From Porphyridium purpureum (taxonomy: Eukaryota), in assembly GCA_008690995.1 (NCBI GenBank), contig VRMN01000001.1:2790001-2854000 (forward strand): 64,000 nt of DNA, in the 5' to 3' direction. A program made the translations under genes and the position numbers. Under the pieces are notes generated by a model that ran no database searches, was not told the origin of the DNA, and was given only the letters and a program-made list of their open reading frames with translations. Shown piece after piece: positions 10,941 through 19,997 of the stretch (positions are counted from its first letter, which is position 1; the number at the start of each line of letters is the position of its first letter).

Positions 10941-13088
10941 TCACAAGTATTCCCATGCCGATTTGTACACACCATGCTTCTCGATGTACTGAAGTAAGTC
11001 TGAAATGAAGGGATCACGGCAGACAGTCGCGCTATCGGCCACAATGATGCACGCACGTCTAGCGCGAGTGATCGCTACATTGATCCGTCGAGAGTCAGCC
11101 AGAAAACCCACTTTGCCCGCATCGTTGCTTCTCACCATGCTCAGGATGACACACTCGTTTTCGCGACCCTGAAAGCCATCTATGCTACTGATCTCAACTT
11201 TTACGTTCGCACCCATCACTTCCCGGAGGCGCTGCACTTGGCCGGCGTACGGGCTCAGGATCGAAATTTGGGAAGGCATCACTTTGTACTGTTCGAGGTT
11301 TCGCACGAGCGTGCATACCAGCCGGATCTCACCTTCGTTGACACGGGAAAACTCCGCACTTTCGACGTCGCTCTCTCCTACTTCTGTCTCATTCAAGTCG
11401 CAGCCGGCGGTGTCAACAAAAATAAGAGGTGAGTCCGTTTCACCGGACACACTTTCCACACCAGGAAGCTGTGCCAGGGTGTGTTTGGCAACGCTTGGGT
11501 CCGCCATAAGCGTGCATTCTCCCCCGTACATTGCGGCGGCGCTCCATTTCATGATAACCTCATTCATGCGGTACTGCTCTTTGAGCATGATGGTGTGTGT
11601 GTCGTTCGTGAGTGCACGCGCTCGTGAGAATAAGTCAACCGGACCGCGCAGAATCTCTGATTCTGCTTTTTCGTGCGATGCAAACAGCGTTGGTGGGAGC
11701 TGCTTGTCATCACCGGCGAGCACAACGCGAACGCGCGGATTTCCGCTGCGCAAGATTGCGATCCAAACGGCCGCTTCGAGGCCTTGTGCGGCTTCATCAA
11801 TCACGCACACGTCAAAAAAAATACCGTTCAAAATTGGATCCATCGGCGCCGTGCAGGTTCCTAGAACCACCTGAGCTCGGCCTAAGATATCCTTATTCAC
11901 CTGCGTTTGACGAAAACGGAACTCCTTTTGAAGCATTGTCAGCTCCTTGCGGAACTGCTGTCGTTCAGAACGACTGAGTCGGGACGAACGCAGCTTCCTC
12001 ATCGTCCGATCCATGTCTTTGCGTATATCTGCGGCAAGGCTCCGAAACTCTTTCTGGGCGACAGAGCTCAATGAGAATGGCACCACTGATTCCAGAAAGC
12101 GTACGGGATTGCCAAGGCGAACAATGTTCAATAGCTCGCCGCTCCCACCCAGTCTCTCGCAAATCGAGTCCACTGCGATATTCGACGGAGCGACGACCAA
12201 CACGCGTTCTTGATTTGTCAAGACACAAGTGCGCACGATGGCACATAGAGCAGATGTTTTCCCGGTACCTGGCGGACCCCAAATAATGCTCAGTACGTTT
12301 TCCGGATCAGATGCCAGTTTCACGGCTTCGCGCTGTCTTTCGTTGAGCCCAGACAGAAGGTCTTCATGCTCATCTGAACGCTCATTCGTGTGTTTCTGCT
12401 GCCCATCTGACCGAGACTCGAAAAAAAGTCGGTCAATGATGGGCATGGACCCGCGAATCGAGCCGCGTTCTTCCAAAAGGGTCAGGCCTTTCTGCATTCT
12501 TTGATACGTGGTGACATTCACCACACGTAACAGACTGAGCGCCTCCTCAGGCGCCTCCTGGTCTTCGTCGAGACTCATGGCCAGAACAAGCTCGCGTAAG
12601 CGAAGCCGGTAGACAGTTCCGCGCAGCGGTGGCGGCTGGTCATCGCCGCTCTTCTTGGGAGTCGAGCGAAGACTCCTCGGTATCAAAACCACCAGGTCAC
12701 CGGCGCTGAGGTCGGCTGGCGCTCCAAGTTCCTCTGTCTCCGCTTTCGACGAAACGAGTGTCCAAAGCGGCGCTCCAGCTAACCCGACGGGATCCTCATC
12801 CGACACGATAAAGTACGGCACCTTTGCTGATGCTTTCTTCTGTGCCTCTATCCGGCGCTCGACCTGATCTAATTCGGCTTGCTGCTCCTTTTCCAACAGA
12901 AGACGCGTCGCGCTGACGAATTCGGACACCGTGATGAACGTAGACGGATCTCCGCTTGCTTGGGCCTGCATGCGGCATCGCCACTGGCGAGGACGGGCAC
13001 CGGAACTCGGGCCAGTTTGCCGCTCACGACGCACCCATCCGCGCTTGCCAGCTCTTCGTGCGGGTCCTTGAAAGAGGTTGAATGCCAT
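10941..13088 (-). CDS. Superfamily-1 Upf1-like helicase (IGHMBP2/Hcs1 type), with a possible plastid transit peptide
   Basis: Motifs IWGPPGTGKT, VVAPSNIAVD, VIDEAAQ, LAGDDKQLPP, EQYRM, SIDGFQGRE and RINVAITRAR. The MAF- start is followed by an R/S/A-rich N-terminus. Confidence 0.93.
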   Translation of the reverse strand: MAFNLFQGPARRAGKRGWVRRERQTGPSSGARPRQWRCRMQAQASGDPSTFITVSEFVSATRLLLEKEQQAELDQVERRIEAQKKASAKVPYFIVSDEDPVGLAGAPLWTLVSSKAETEELGAPADLSAGDLVVLIPRSLRSTPKKSGDDQPPPLRGTVYRLRLRELVLAMSLDEDQEAPEEALSLLRVVNVTTYQRMQKGLTLLEERGSIRGSMPIIDRLFFESRSDGQQKHTNERSDEHEDLLSGLNERQREAVKLASDPENVLSIIWGPPGTGKTSALCAIVRTCVLTNQERVLVVAPSNIAVDSICERLGGSGELLNIVRLGNPVRFLESVVPFSLSSVAQKEFRSLAADIRKDMDRTMRKLRSSRLSRSERQQFRKELTMLQKEFRFRQTQVNKDILGRAQVVLGTCTAPMDPILNGIFFDVCVIDEAAQGLEAAVWIAILRSGNPRVRVVLAGDDKQLPPTLFASHEKAESEILRGPVDLFSRARALTNDTHTIMLKEQYRMNEVIMKWSAAAMYGGECTLMADPSVAKHTLAQLPGVESVSGETDSPLIFVDTAGCDLNETEVGESDVESAEFSRVNEGEIRLVCTLVRNLEQYKVMPSQISILSPYAGQVQRLREVMGANVKVEISSIDGFQGRENECVILSMVRSNDAGKVGFLADSRRINVAITRARRACIIVADSATVCRDPFISDLLQYIEKHGVYKSAWEYL

Positions 13089-13311
13089 CGGAGGACGCCT
13101 TGCGAGTCATTCGCTACACGCGATGCGTGTTCCTCTGTATCGAAGCTTACCGCAAATTGAAGTACAGTGACATGTCACTGTACACCCAGAACCCAGAACC
13201 GTGCTCGAAGCTGTTCCGGGTGCGCGGCCGCAAAGCTGAGACGCCATGGGCTCGTTCGTCCGCAGCTAGAGTGAGATCCTTGCGTGCAACTTCTCATTCC
13301 ATCCTCCATCT

Positions 13312-16300
13312 TTACTTTAAAAACAAGCGAGGGGCAATGCACATGCTCTCCAGTTCCTGAAACAAAAGCTTGCTCGCATACGGAAGCCATGTCTGCGCAA
13401 TCTTGGTGCGATTGTTGCAACCCCTGCACATGAACACGTTCCGCTGAAGGTCGGCAATCGCAAACAAGCCGCACATTTCGCATACGTGTACGCGGTATGA
13501 GTCTGATTGGTCCATCAGGCGCTCTTTGAGGAAGTGCGCCGCGCCGTGGCTCACCATGCAGTTGCCCATCACCACAGGCATAGACGCCGCCACGACCACA
13601 CGGTGACCTCCGCTGGCTGTGCCCATCGTCGTGTGGCGCACCCAGATCAGCCCATGCGGCACGCTCACACACCACGTCCGACCCGTGTACGAGATTTCCG
13701 CGATGTCGCGCGGGCAATCAATGAGTGGCGCACCCTCTGTATCGTCGCACTTGCCTTGATTCCCGCCGCGACCCAAATCAGACGAACCACTCAGTTCTTC
13801 GGCTTGGTCCAGCGCTCCGTACGTGACTGCCCAGCCTCGCACAATACTGCCCGCATGATACAGGGCACTAAAGCGTGCAGAATATCCCGCGTGAAGCAGT
13901 ACTCGAACGAGGTCGTCGCGGAACAAAACCGACGCAGTGCGAATGGTGCACGGACCGGTACCAGAAGCTCCGTCTGCGCGCTGAAGCCCTCGGATGATGC
14001 AGCGTAACTGCCATTTCTCGAGCGTCCATACCCAGTCTGCGAAGGTCCGACTTGACACTGCCTCGCACGGACCTCCTGTCTGCAAACTAGAACCAAATAG
14101 TTCCGCGTACCGGGTATCGCTGATACAAACGTCAACTCCCTGCATCTGTTCCTTTGACGATCCATTATATTCAGCTGCTAGGGCATCGATCGGTGCAGGC
14201 AGCTTCGTCAGGGTCAAAGCTCCGTTCGCGCACGATGAACCGGTACCAAGGATGTCCAATCCAAGAAGCTGAAGTGTACCAACCAGCCACTGGAGTACCT
14301 TGGCAGTGTCATGCACACCAGAAATCATGGCAGATTCCGAACGCCCTTGGCCACACTTTCCACGTCCAGGATCCACGTTCATCCGGAAAGTGACCACATT
14401 CAAAGTATTTGTGCGACTTCCTCTAGGCTCCCGACAATACTCGCTGCTTGCGTGCACGCCACCATTCAGAAGCCAAAAGCCGTACAGCTCAAGCAGAGCA
14501 CTATGCCTGTCCGCTGAATTGGCAATGAATGCGCTTAGATCGCCTGCCCACTTGGTTGGCATACCAGCCTCCGTTGTCTGCCACTGCTGCACACCCATGC
14601 GCGCGGAGGCAAGCATCTGAACGACCGCGTCGGGTGCAGACGACTTGCCTTGGGCCTTTGCCGCGAGGGTCTGCGCTTGTACCTTTGAGAAGCCAAAGTT
14701 AGGATCGACCGGTTCGGCCTCATCCACATGGGCCGTCCTGACAAATAGATCGTGTCGCCGCGTCACAGCGAATGACACGCCTCCGGGTACGGGTACGGGC
14801 AACGCATCCATGGTGCCTTTACCACCGGAAGCATGATGCTGTGTCACCTGCACAAGGGTTTGCATCTGCGCCGGCTTGACAATCAGTTCCAGCATGTGCT
14901 CATACACAAGCTGCTCAGATTCCGGATCATACGAAGCGATCAACAGGAGCTCAGAACCACGGCTCACGGCATCCTCAATGTCACGCAGAAACATAAATCC
15001 GCGGTGCGTCAGGATTTGGTGATCCTCGCTTAAGCAGTCGCGCTCCATCTCACCAAACCGCAGTCCGCCACCTTTTCCGCGACCTTCAAGCGGTTGGTGG
15101 GTTAGGTTCGTGACGGGCCCAGTCGCGCGGGAGTGAATCTTATCGTCGACCATATGCTTCAGGCGTTGATAGTATGTGGGACCTATGAAAATCTGCGCCT
15201 CAAGCGGGCGCCCACTATGGCCATTGTACATCAATTCCCAGCCGCGCGGCTGGAAACCGTGGCTCTGCAATCGCTGAGAGATTTGGTCGACCGTTATGTC
15301 TGTAAATGGCGTGGCGTCACCCTCAGTGCCTTCCATCGCGGATACCTTGGACAGAAGGCATTCGATCAAATGGCCTACAGTCATACGGGACGGGATCGCG
15401 TGCGGGTTCACAATGATATCTGGTACCACGCCGTCAGCCGTGAAAGGTAAATCTTCCTGCCGGTACATAATCCCGCACGTGCCTTTCTGTCCGTGGCGCG
15501 AGGCAAATTTGTCGCCGACTTGCGGCACGCGCACCGAGCGAAGCCGGATTTTCACAAAACGAGTATTCTCCTTGCTAGACGCAAGCATCACCTTGTCTAC
15601 CATCCCTGACTCTGTGGCTTTGGCGCTCACAGATACATCCTTTTTCCTCTTTCCGCCCTGTCCCCCCAATGGCGATACTTGCACATGGTTCGGAGCCTCA
15701 GAGTCCGGCGTTTCCTTGGCCTGTTGTTGAACCTCGCCTGGTAGGGGTGCCGTCTTGCCCACCAGGATATCACTTCCCTCGATGCGAACACCCTCGGTCA
15801 CCAGTCCGTCTTCTTCGAGCTTACTATAGTTACCGGGCTTGATGCCTATGCACTCTGCACGCTGTGGGACTTCCAGTTTTTCTTCCATCCCACCCAGGCG
15901 GCGTCGTTCTTCCTCAGCAAACGAGCGGAAATACACGGAACGCATAAACCCCCGATCAATGGCGCTCTGATTTAGGATCAGCGAGTCTTCTTGGTTGTAG
16001 CCTGAATAGCACGCGATTGCGGCAATTGCATTGATGCCTGACGGCAACGCGCGAAACTTGAGGTGCTCCATGGCGCGGGTAGTGACCAGCGGTTTCTGAG
16101 GATAGTACAGAACGTGTGCCATAGTATCCATACGCAAGGAAAAATTCGTAATGTAGACGCCCATTGCTTGCTTGCCCATGGCCGACTGGTACGTGTTACG
16201 CGGGGACTGGTTGTGGTCAGGGAACGGAATGATCGACGCACACACGCCCAACACCATGGCTGGGTGAATCTCGCAGTGCGTGTAGAGGTAGGTCGCGCCA

Positions 16301-18483
16301 TTGGCGGCAAGATCTTGAGGACGCATCGCAATCAAACACATCTCCTCTTCCTCACAGTCCACGTATTCAACCAAGCCCGAGTTCAACAACCCGGAAAACG
16401 ACGCGCCCTCGATATCGGCATCATCACTGGTCAACATCTCAATGTGCTGTTTCCTAATCGCCAACCGCGCTCGTCGCATTTGTCGCTCGCTTTCGTCTAC
16501 TCCGCCGTTCATTTTCAAATCGTACTCGTCTGCGACAATGTTGGTTTCGTCTTCACGTTCTACAATGAACAGCGGACGGCAGATGCGGCCCGGATCAGTC
16601 CAAATGCGCAGCTCGTTTCTCTCCTCATCCGCAATGATTGACGTTTCCGGGCGTAGTAACCCTTCGCGGCGCGAATGCCGGAGCGTGCGCAGTGTGTGCC
16701 GAAAGTCGTTATCGCGGCACACACCATGCCATACACCGTTGACAAATACCTTATAACCAGATGTGACCATTTCCGGGCTGTTCAGGTCAACCAAGCTTTC
16801 CACATTGTAATCTTCCAGAAATCCAATCACCGTGGATGACGGTGTGCCGACCGAGATGTACGACATCAGCGCAACATTCTTGACGAGACCGCAAGCCTGG
16901 CCCTCGGGCGTCTCCGCCGGACAGATTACGCCCCAGTGCGTATTATGCAACTGGCGCGGCTTGGCGAGTTTGCCGTCGCGACCGATCGGCGAGTTTAAAC
17001 GCCTCAAGTGCGAAAGAGACGACGCAAAGGTCAGCCGGTTGAGCACTTGCGACACGCCTGTTTTCACGCCTGCCTTGCGGTCTGCATTCCAATTGCCCGT
17101 GGCCAGTGCATACTTGAGACCATTCGTGATAGTCGAGCTTTTGATCGCGCCGCCCTGAACGTTGAGCTCGCGGCCGTTGTTTACCTGGTACTCAAAATGC
17201 CTTTTCGCGTCCTTGACAACCTTACGGAACAGCTGCCGGAAGAGCCCGCCCAACAGCGGGCCTGCAAGGTCCACGCGCTTGTTGCCGTAGTGGTCGCGAT
17301 CATCTGGTGCGCGCCTGTCGAGAATGACTTCGAGGACTCGCTGTACCATGTAGCCCAGAAAGTAGACTTTGGGCAGCTCGCACTGCTCACCTACACCCAT
17401 ATGAGGCAGAAACTCTTTCTGCAAAATATCGCGAGCGTATCGGATGCGTTCCGAGCGCGTCGTTGCGGCTCCACCTGAGGTTGCGCGCCGCCCAATGTAA
17501 TCTAGAGCGAGACGTTCATCCCCGATCATCGAAGCTTCTTCGATGGACGGTTTCAACATATTCATCATGTCATTGTCATCCATGGCGTAGCAGATATACG
17601 ACATCATGTCCGAATCGCTCTTCATGCCCAGAGCTCGAAAGAGAATGGCGATCGGAATGGCTTCACGCACATGAGGCAGCTCGGCCACGATCAACTGTCC
17701 GCCTGTCGAATTCGGCCCGCCGTGTGTGTTGATCACCTTGACGACAAATGTGGTAGCCGGACGATTACCCGCCTCCGAAACTGAGCGGATCTCTGCCGTG
17801 TATGTGAAGCGGCCCGGCTGCAGTTGCTTCTTAAACACAAACACGTGGTTCTGTGCCATTCGTTCCTGTGCTAAAAGTACCTTCTCGCTGCCATTGATGA
17901 TGAAGTAGCCACCCTGGTCGACAGGGCACTCGCCAAGCTTGCACAGGTCGTCTGGTCCTACGCCATCAAGGATGCAGAAGCGACTCTTTAGCATGATCGG
18001 GATGTGTCCCAGAAAAACCTTGACCTCCAGGTCGTGCTCTTCGTATTCATCCCCATTGCTATGAGTTGTAATTATCGACTTTTTCACGTCGACGTAAAGA
18101 GGCGCGGCGTACACGAGATTTCGAAGCCGAGCCTGCGTCGGGAACAGTGGCCGCATTTCACCATTCGGCTCTGTAAACCCGGTCTTGCCTAGGCGCAGTT
18201 GGCCAAACTCAACGAGGTACCGCGTATCCTCCTTCACGTCCTGTTGGCCAGGAAGATGCTGCGACTCTGGATAGATAACGATCGGTAGCGACTCGTCGAC
18301 GATCTGCTGCATCATGTTCGACACAAACTCGTTGAACGAGTCAATTTGCTGACGAACCAGGCCATACTCTTGAAAGTACGATGAGATGACGATCCACGCG
18401 TCATTCTCATCAATATCCAAATCCTCAACAGGCTCTGCGATTTCAGCCTGCAGCTCTTCCGGCTCATACTCGCTCTTGTCCAT
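13312..18483 (-). CDS. RPB2: DNA-directed RNA polymerase II second-largest subunit, precursor containing a 492-aa intein (spliced product about 1231 aa)
   Basis: Pol II RPB2 motifs GYFIINGSEKV, DDRDHYGNKRVDLAGPL, CPAETPEGQACGLVKN, PFPDHNQSPRNTYQSAMGKQ, YSGYNQEDS, GDKFASRHGQKG, GLRFGEMERD and the C-terminal CxxC..CxxC zinc site. Confidence 0.99.
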   Translation of the reverse strand: MDKSEYEPEELQAEIAEPVEDLDIDENDAWIVISSYFQEYGLVRQQIDSFNEFVSNMMQQIVDESLPIVIYPESQHLPGQQDVKEDTRYLVEFGQLRLGKTGFTEPNGEMRPLFPTQARLRNLVYAAPLYVDVKKSIITTHSNGDEYEEHDLEVKVFLGHIPIMLKSRFCILDGVGPDDLCKLGECPVDQGGYFIINGSEKVLLAQERMAQNHVFVFKKQLQPGRFTYTAEIRSVSEAGNRPATTFVVKVINTHGGPNSTGGQLIVAELPHVREAIPIAILFRALGMKSDSDMMSYICYAMDDNDMMNMLKPSIEEASMIGDERLALDYIGRRATSGGAATTRSERIRYARDILQKEFLPHMGVGEQCELPKVYFLGYMVQRVLEVILDRRAPDDRDHYGNKRVDLAGPLLGGLFRQLFRKVVKDAKRHFEYQVNNGRELNVQGGAIKSSTITNGLKYALATGNWNADRKAGVKTGVSQVLNRLTFASSLSHLRRLNSPIGRDGKLAKPRQLHNTHWGVICPAETPEGQACGLVKNVALMSYISVGTPSSTVIGFLEDYNVESLVDLNSPEMVTSGYKVFVNGVWHGVCRDNDFRHTLRTLRHSRREGLLRPETSIIADEERNELRIWTDPGRICRPLFIVEREDETNIVADEYDLKMNGGVDESERQMRRARLAIRKQHIEMLTSDDADIEGASFSGLLNSGLVEYVDCEEEEMCLIAMRPQDLAANGATYLYTHCEIHPAMVLGVCASIIPFPDHNQSPRNTYQSAMGKQAMGVYITNFSLRMDTMAHVLYYPQKPLVTTRAMEHLKFRALPSGINAIAAIACYSGYNQEDSLILNQSAIDRGFMRSVYFRSFAEEERRRLGGMEEKLEVPQRAECIGIKPGNYSKLEEDGLVTEGVRIEGSDILVGKTAPLPGEVQQQAKETPDSEAPNHVQVSPLGGQGGKRKKDVSVSAKATESGMVDKVMLASSKENTRFVKIRLRSVRVPQVGDKFASRHGQKGTCGIMYRQEDLPFTADGVVPDIIVNPHAIPSRMTVGHLIECLLSKVSAMEGTEGDATPFTDITVDQISQRLQSHGFQPRGWELMYNGHSGRPLEAQIFIGPTYYQRLKHMVDDKIHSRATGPVTNLTHQPLEGRGKGGGLRFGEMERDCLSEDHQILTHRGFMFLRDIEDAVSRGSELLLIASYDPESEQLVYEHMLELIVKPAQMQTLVQVTQHHASGGKGTMDALPVPVPGGVSFAVTRRHDLFVRTAHVDEAEPVDPNFGFSKVQAQTLAAKAQGKSSAPDAVVQMLASARMGVQQWQTTEAGMPTKWAGDLSAFIANSADRHSALLELYGFWLLNGGVHASSEYCREPRGSRTNTLNVVTFRMNVDPGRGKCGQGRSESAMISGVHDTAKVLQWLVGTLQLLGLDILGTGSSCANGALTLTKLPAPIDALAAEYNGSSKEQMQGVDVCISDTRYAELFGSSLQTGGPCEAVSSRTFADWVWTLEKWQLRCIIRGLQRADGASGTGPCTIRTASVLFRDDLVRVLLHAGYSARFSALYHAGSIVRGWAVTYGALDQAEELSGSSDLGRGGNQGKCDDTEGAPLIDCPRDIAEISYTGRTWCVSVPHGLIWVRHTTMGTASGGHRVVVAASMPVVMGNCMVSHGAAHFLKERLMDQSDSYRVHVCEMCGLFAIADLQRNVFMCRGCNNRTKIAQTWLPYASKLLFQELESMCIAPRLFLK
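13561..15036 (-). mobile_element. Intein (protein-splicing element) with LAGLIDADG-type homing-endonuclease region, in RPB2
   Basis: Splits GEMERD|CMVSHG. Block A CLSEDHQILTHRG, block B VTRRHDLFV, block C-like LLELYGFWLLNGG, block E IIRGLQRADG, block H TASVLFRDDLVRVLLHAGY, block F YTGRTWCVSVPHG, block G VVMGN followed by extein Cys+1. Length 1476 nt = 492 codons (precursor residues 1150-1641). Confidence 0.97.
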
Positions 18484-19133
18484 GACTGAGATTGTCTTTC
18501 ACTGCCCTGTTTCCTTTCCGGTCAGTGATCAGTCAAAACCCCGCGTTGTCCTCGCGCTTATACCCGCGTCCAGTCGTCAGCCGTGTCAATCAATCCCTCG
18601 TGTCCGCCATATATGTGCATATAGATGTATGTATGTGTACACCGCGGCGCTTCTCTCTGCCGCGTACCTACTATACAACAAACCAAAACGCGAGTCGCCC
18701 TCGCCCTACCTTCCCTACAAAAAGACTAAACCAATCAACCAACACCCGACCACCAACCGACAGCGCGACGCCGAGTGGGCGTGCGGGGAAACACGGGATT
18801 CGCAGAGGGGCGCAACTACTGTACAGGCAGACGCATTCTGCGCCCGACCAGGACCACCCCTCTTGCTGCACACGATCCGCGATCGTGTCCGGTCAAACCA
18901 CACACACACGCGCACACGCCCTTCCTCTTCCCGCCTTGTCACTGTGTCACCATACGTCGCGGCCGTGTTCGGTTTATCCATCTTTTTTTCGGCGCCTGCG
19001 AGGAACATACTAAAACGGGGCTGTTTGTATATGAACTTGGCATTTTTGAACCATTAAGCCGGTAAGCTGAGTGGAGCAGAACGCGCGTGTTGGTGGGTGG
19101 GTGGTGGATGGGGCGGCGATCGGGCTAGACGAT

Positions 19134-19997
19134 ATGTTTGGACAGGTGGTGGTTGGACCGCCTGGCTCAGGTAAATCAACGTACTGCGCGGCAGTGGTTG
19201 AGTTTCTGCGTGGCCTTGGACGCAATGTGTGCGTGGTGAACCTGGACCCGGCGAATGAGCGCTGCGCGTATGAACCGGATCTGGACATCCGTGACCTGGT
19301 GCAGCTGGACGCCGTGGCTTCGGAGCACGCGCTCGGGCCAAATGGAGCGCTCATCTACTGTATGGAAGTGCTCGAGAAGAACGTGGACTGGCTCATCGAT
19401 CACCTAGTCGAGCTTTCGCGCACGCATGACGCTTGCCGCTACTTTTTGTTGGATTTGCCCGGCCAGGCCGAATTGTTCACGCACCATCACGCACTCAAGC
19501 ACGTGCTAGACGAGCTGGTGTACCAGCCTAAATTGCGAATGCGCCTGTGCACTGTCAACTTGGTCGACGTGCACTATTGCTTGGATTCGTCGCGCTTTGT
19601 GTCCGTGCTTCTGCATTCGTGGTGCACCATGCTTCATTTGGAGCAGCCGCACGTAAACTTGGTCACCAAAATGGACCTGGCAGATCAGTTTGAGGGCATG
19701 AATATTCGGACGGAAGCATTCAGTGCAGACAGTGAGTACGTGTTGGACACCGACCACTTAGTCGAGCAATTGGATCAGGGCCACAAGGCTGGCCGCTTTG
19801 CCAGCCTGAACGCAGCTTTGCTCGAGGCCGTCGACGATTACGCGCAAGTGTGGTTTTACACCCTAAATCTCTCGGATCGAGATTGCATGCTCCATGCGCA
19901 GATGAAAATCGATCAAGCGATGGGATATGTGTTTCGAGAGCAGGATGCTCTCCGTGCAGCGGCACAGGCGCAAGCTCGGGCACAGACCAATGAATAG
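19134..19997 (+). CDS. GPN2: GPN-loop GTPase 2 (RNA polymerase II assembly factor)
   Basis: MFGQVVVGPPGSGKSTYC, VNLDPANE, the LGPNGAL GPN loop, DLPGQAELFTHH, MLHLEQPHVN and IDQAMGY. The FGQ start and the THH motif favour GPN2 over GPN1/GPN3. Confidence 0.93.
   Translation: MFGQVVVGPPGSGKSTYCAAVVEFLRGLGRNVCVVNLDPANERCAYEPDLDIRDLVQLDAVASEHALGPNGALIYCMEVLEKNVDWLIDHLVELSRTHDACRYFLLDLPGQAELFTHHHALKHVLDELVYQPKLRMRLCTVNLVDVHYCLDSSRFVSVLLHSWCTMLHLEQPHVNLVTKMDLADQFEGMNIRTEAFSADSEYVLDTDHLVEQLDQGHKAGRFASLNAALLEAVDDYAQVWFYTLNLSDRDCMLHAQMKIDQAMGYVFREQDALRAAAQAQARAQTNE

Noticed and set aside
13561..15036. RPB2 insert interpreted as a spliceosomal or group I intron, or as a class 3 intein
   Set aside because: The frame is open throughout and the boundaries are Cys...Asn/Cys, not GT...AG. 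Block F has Cys, but residue 1 is Cys and block B has no Trp, so standard class 1 splicing is more likely.
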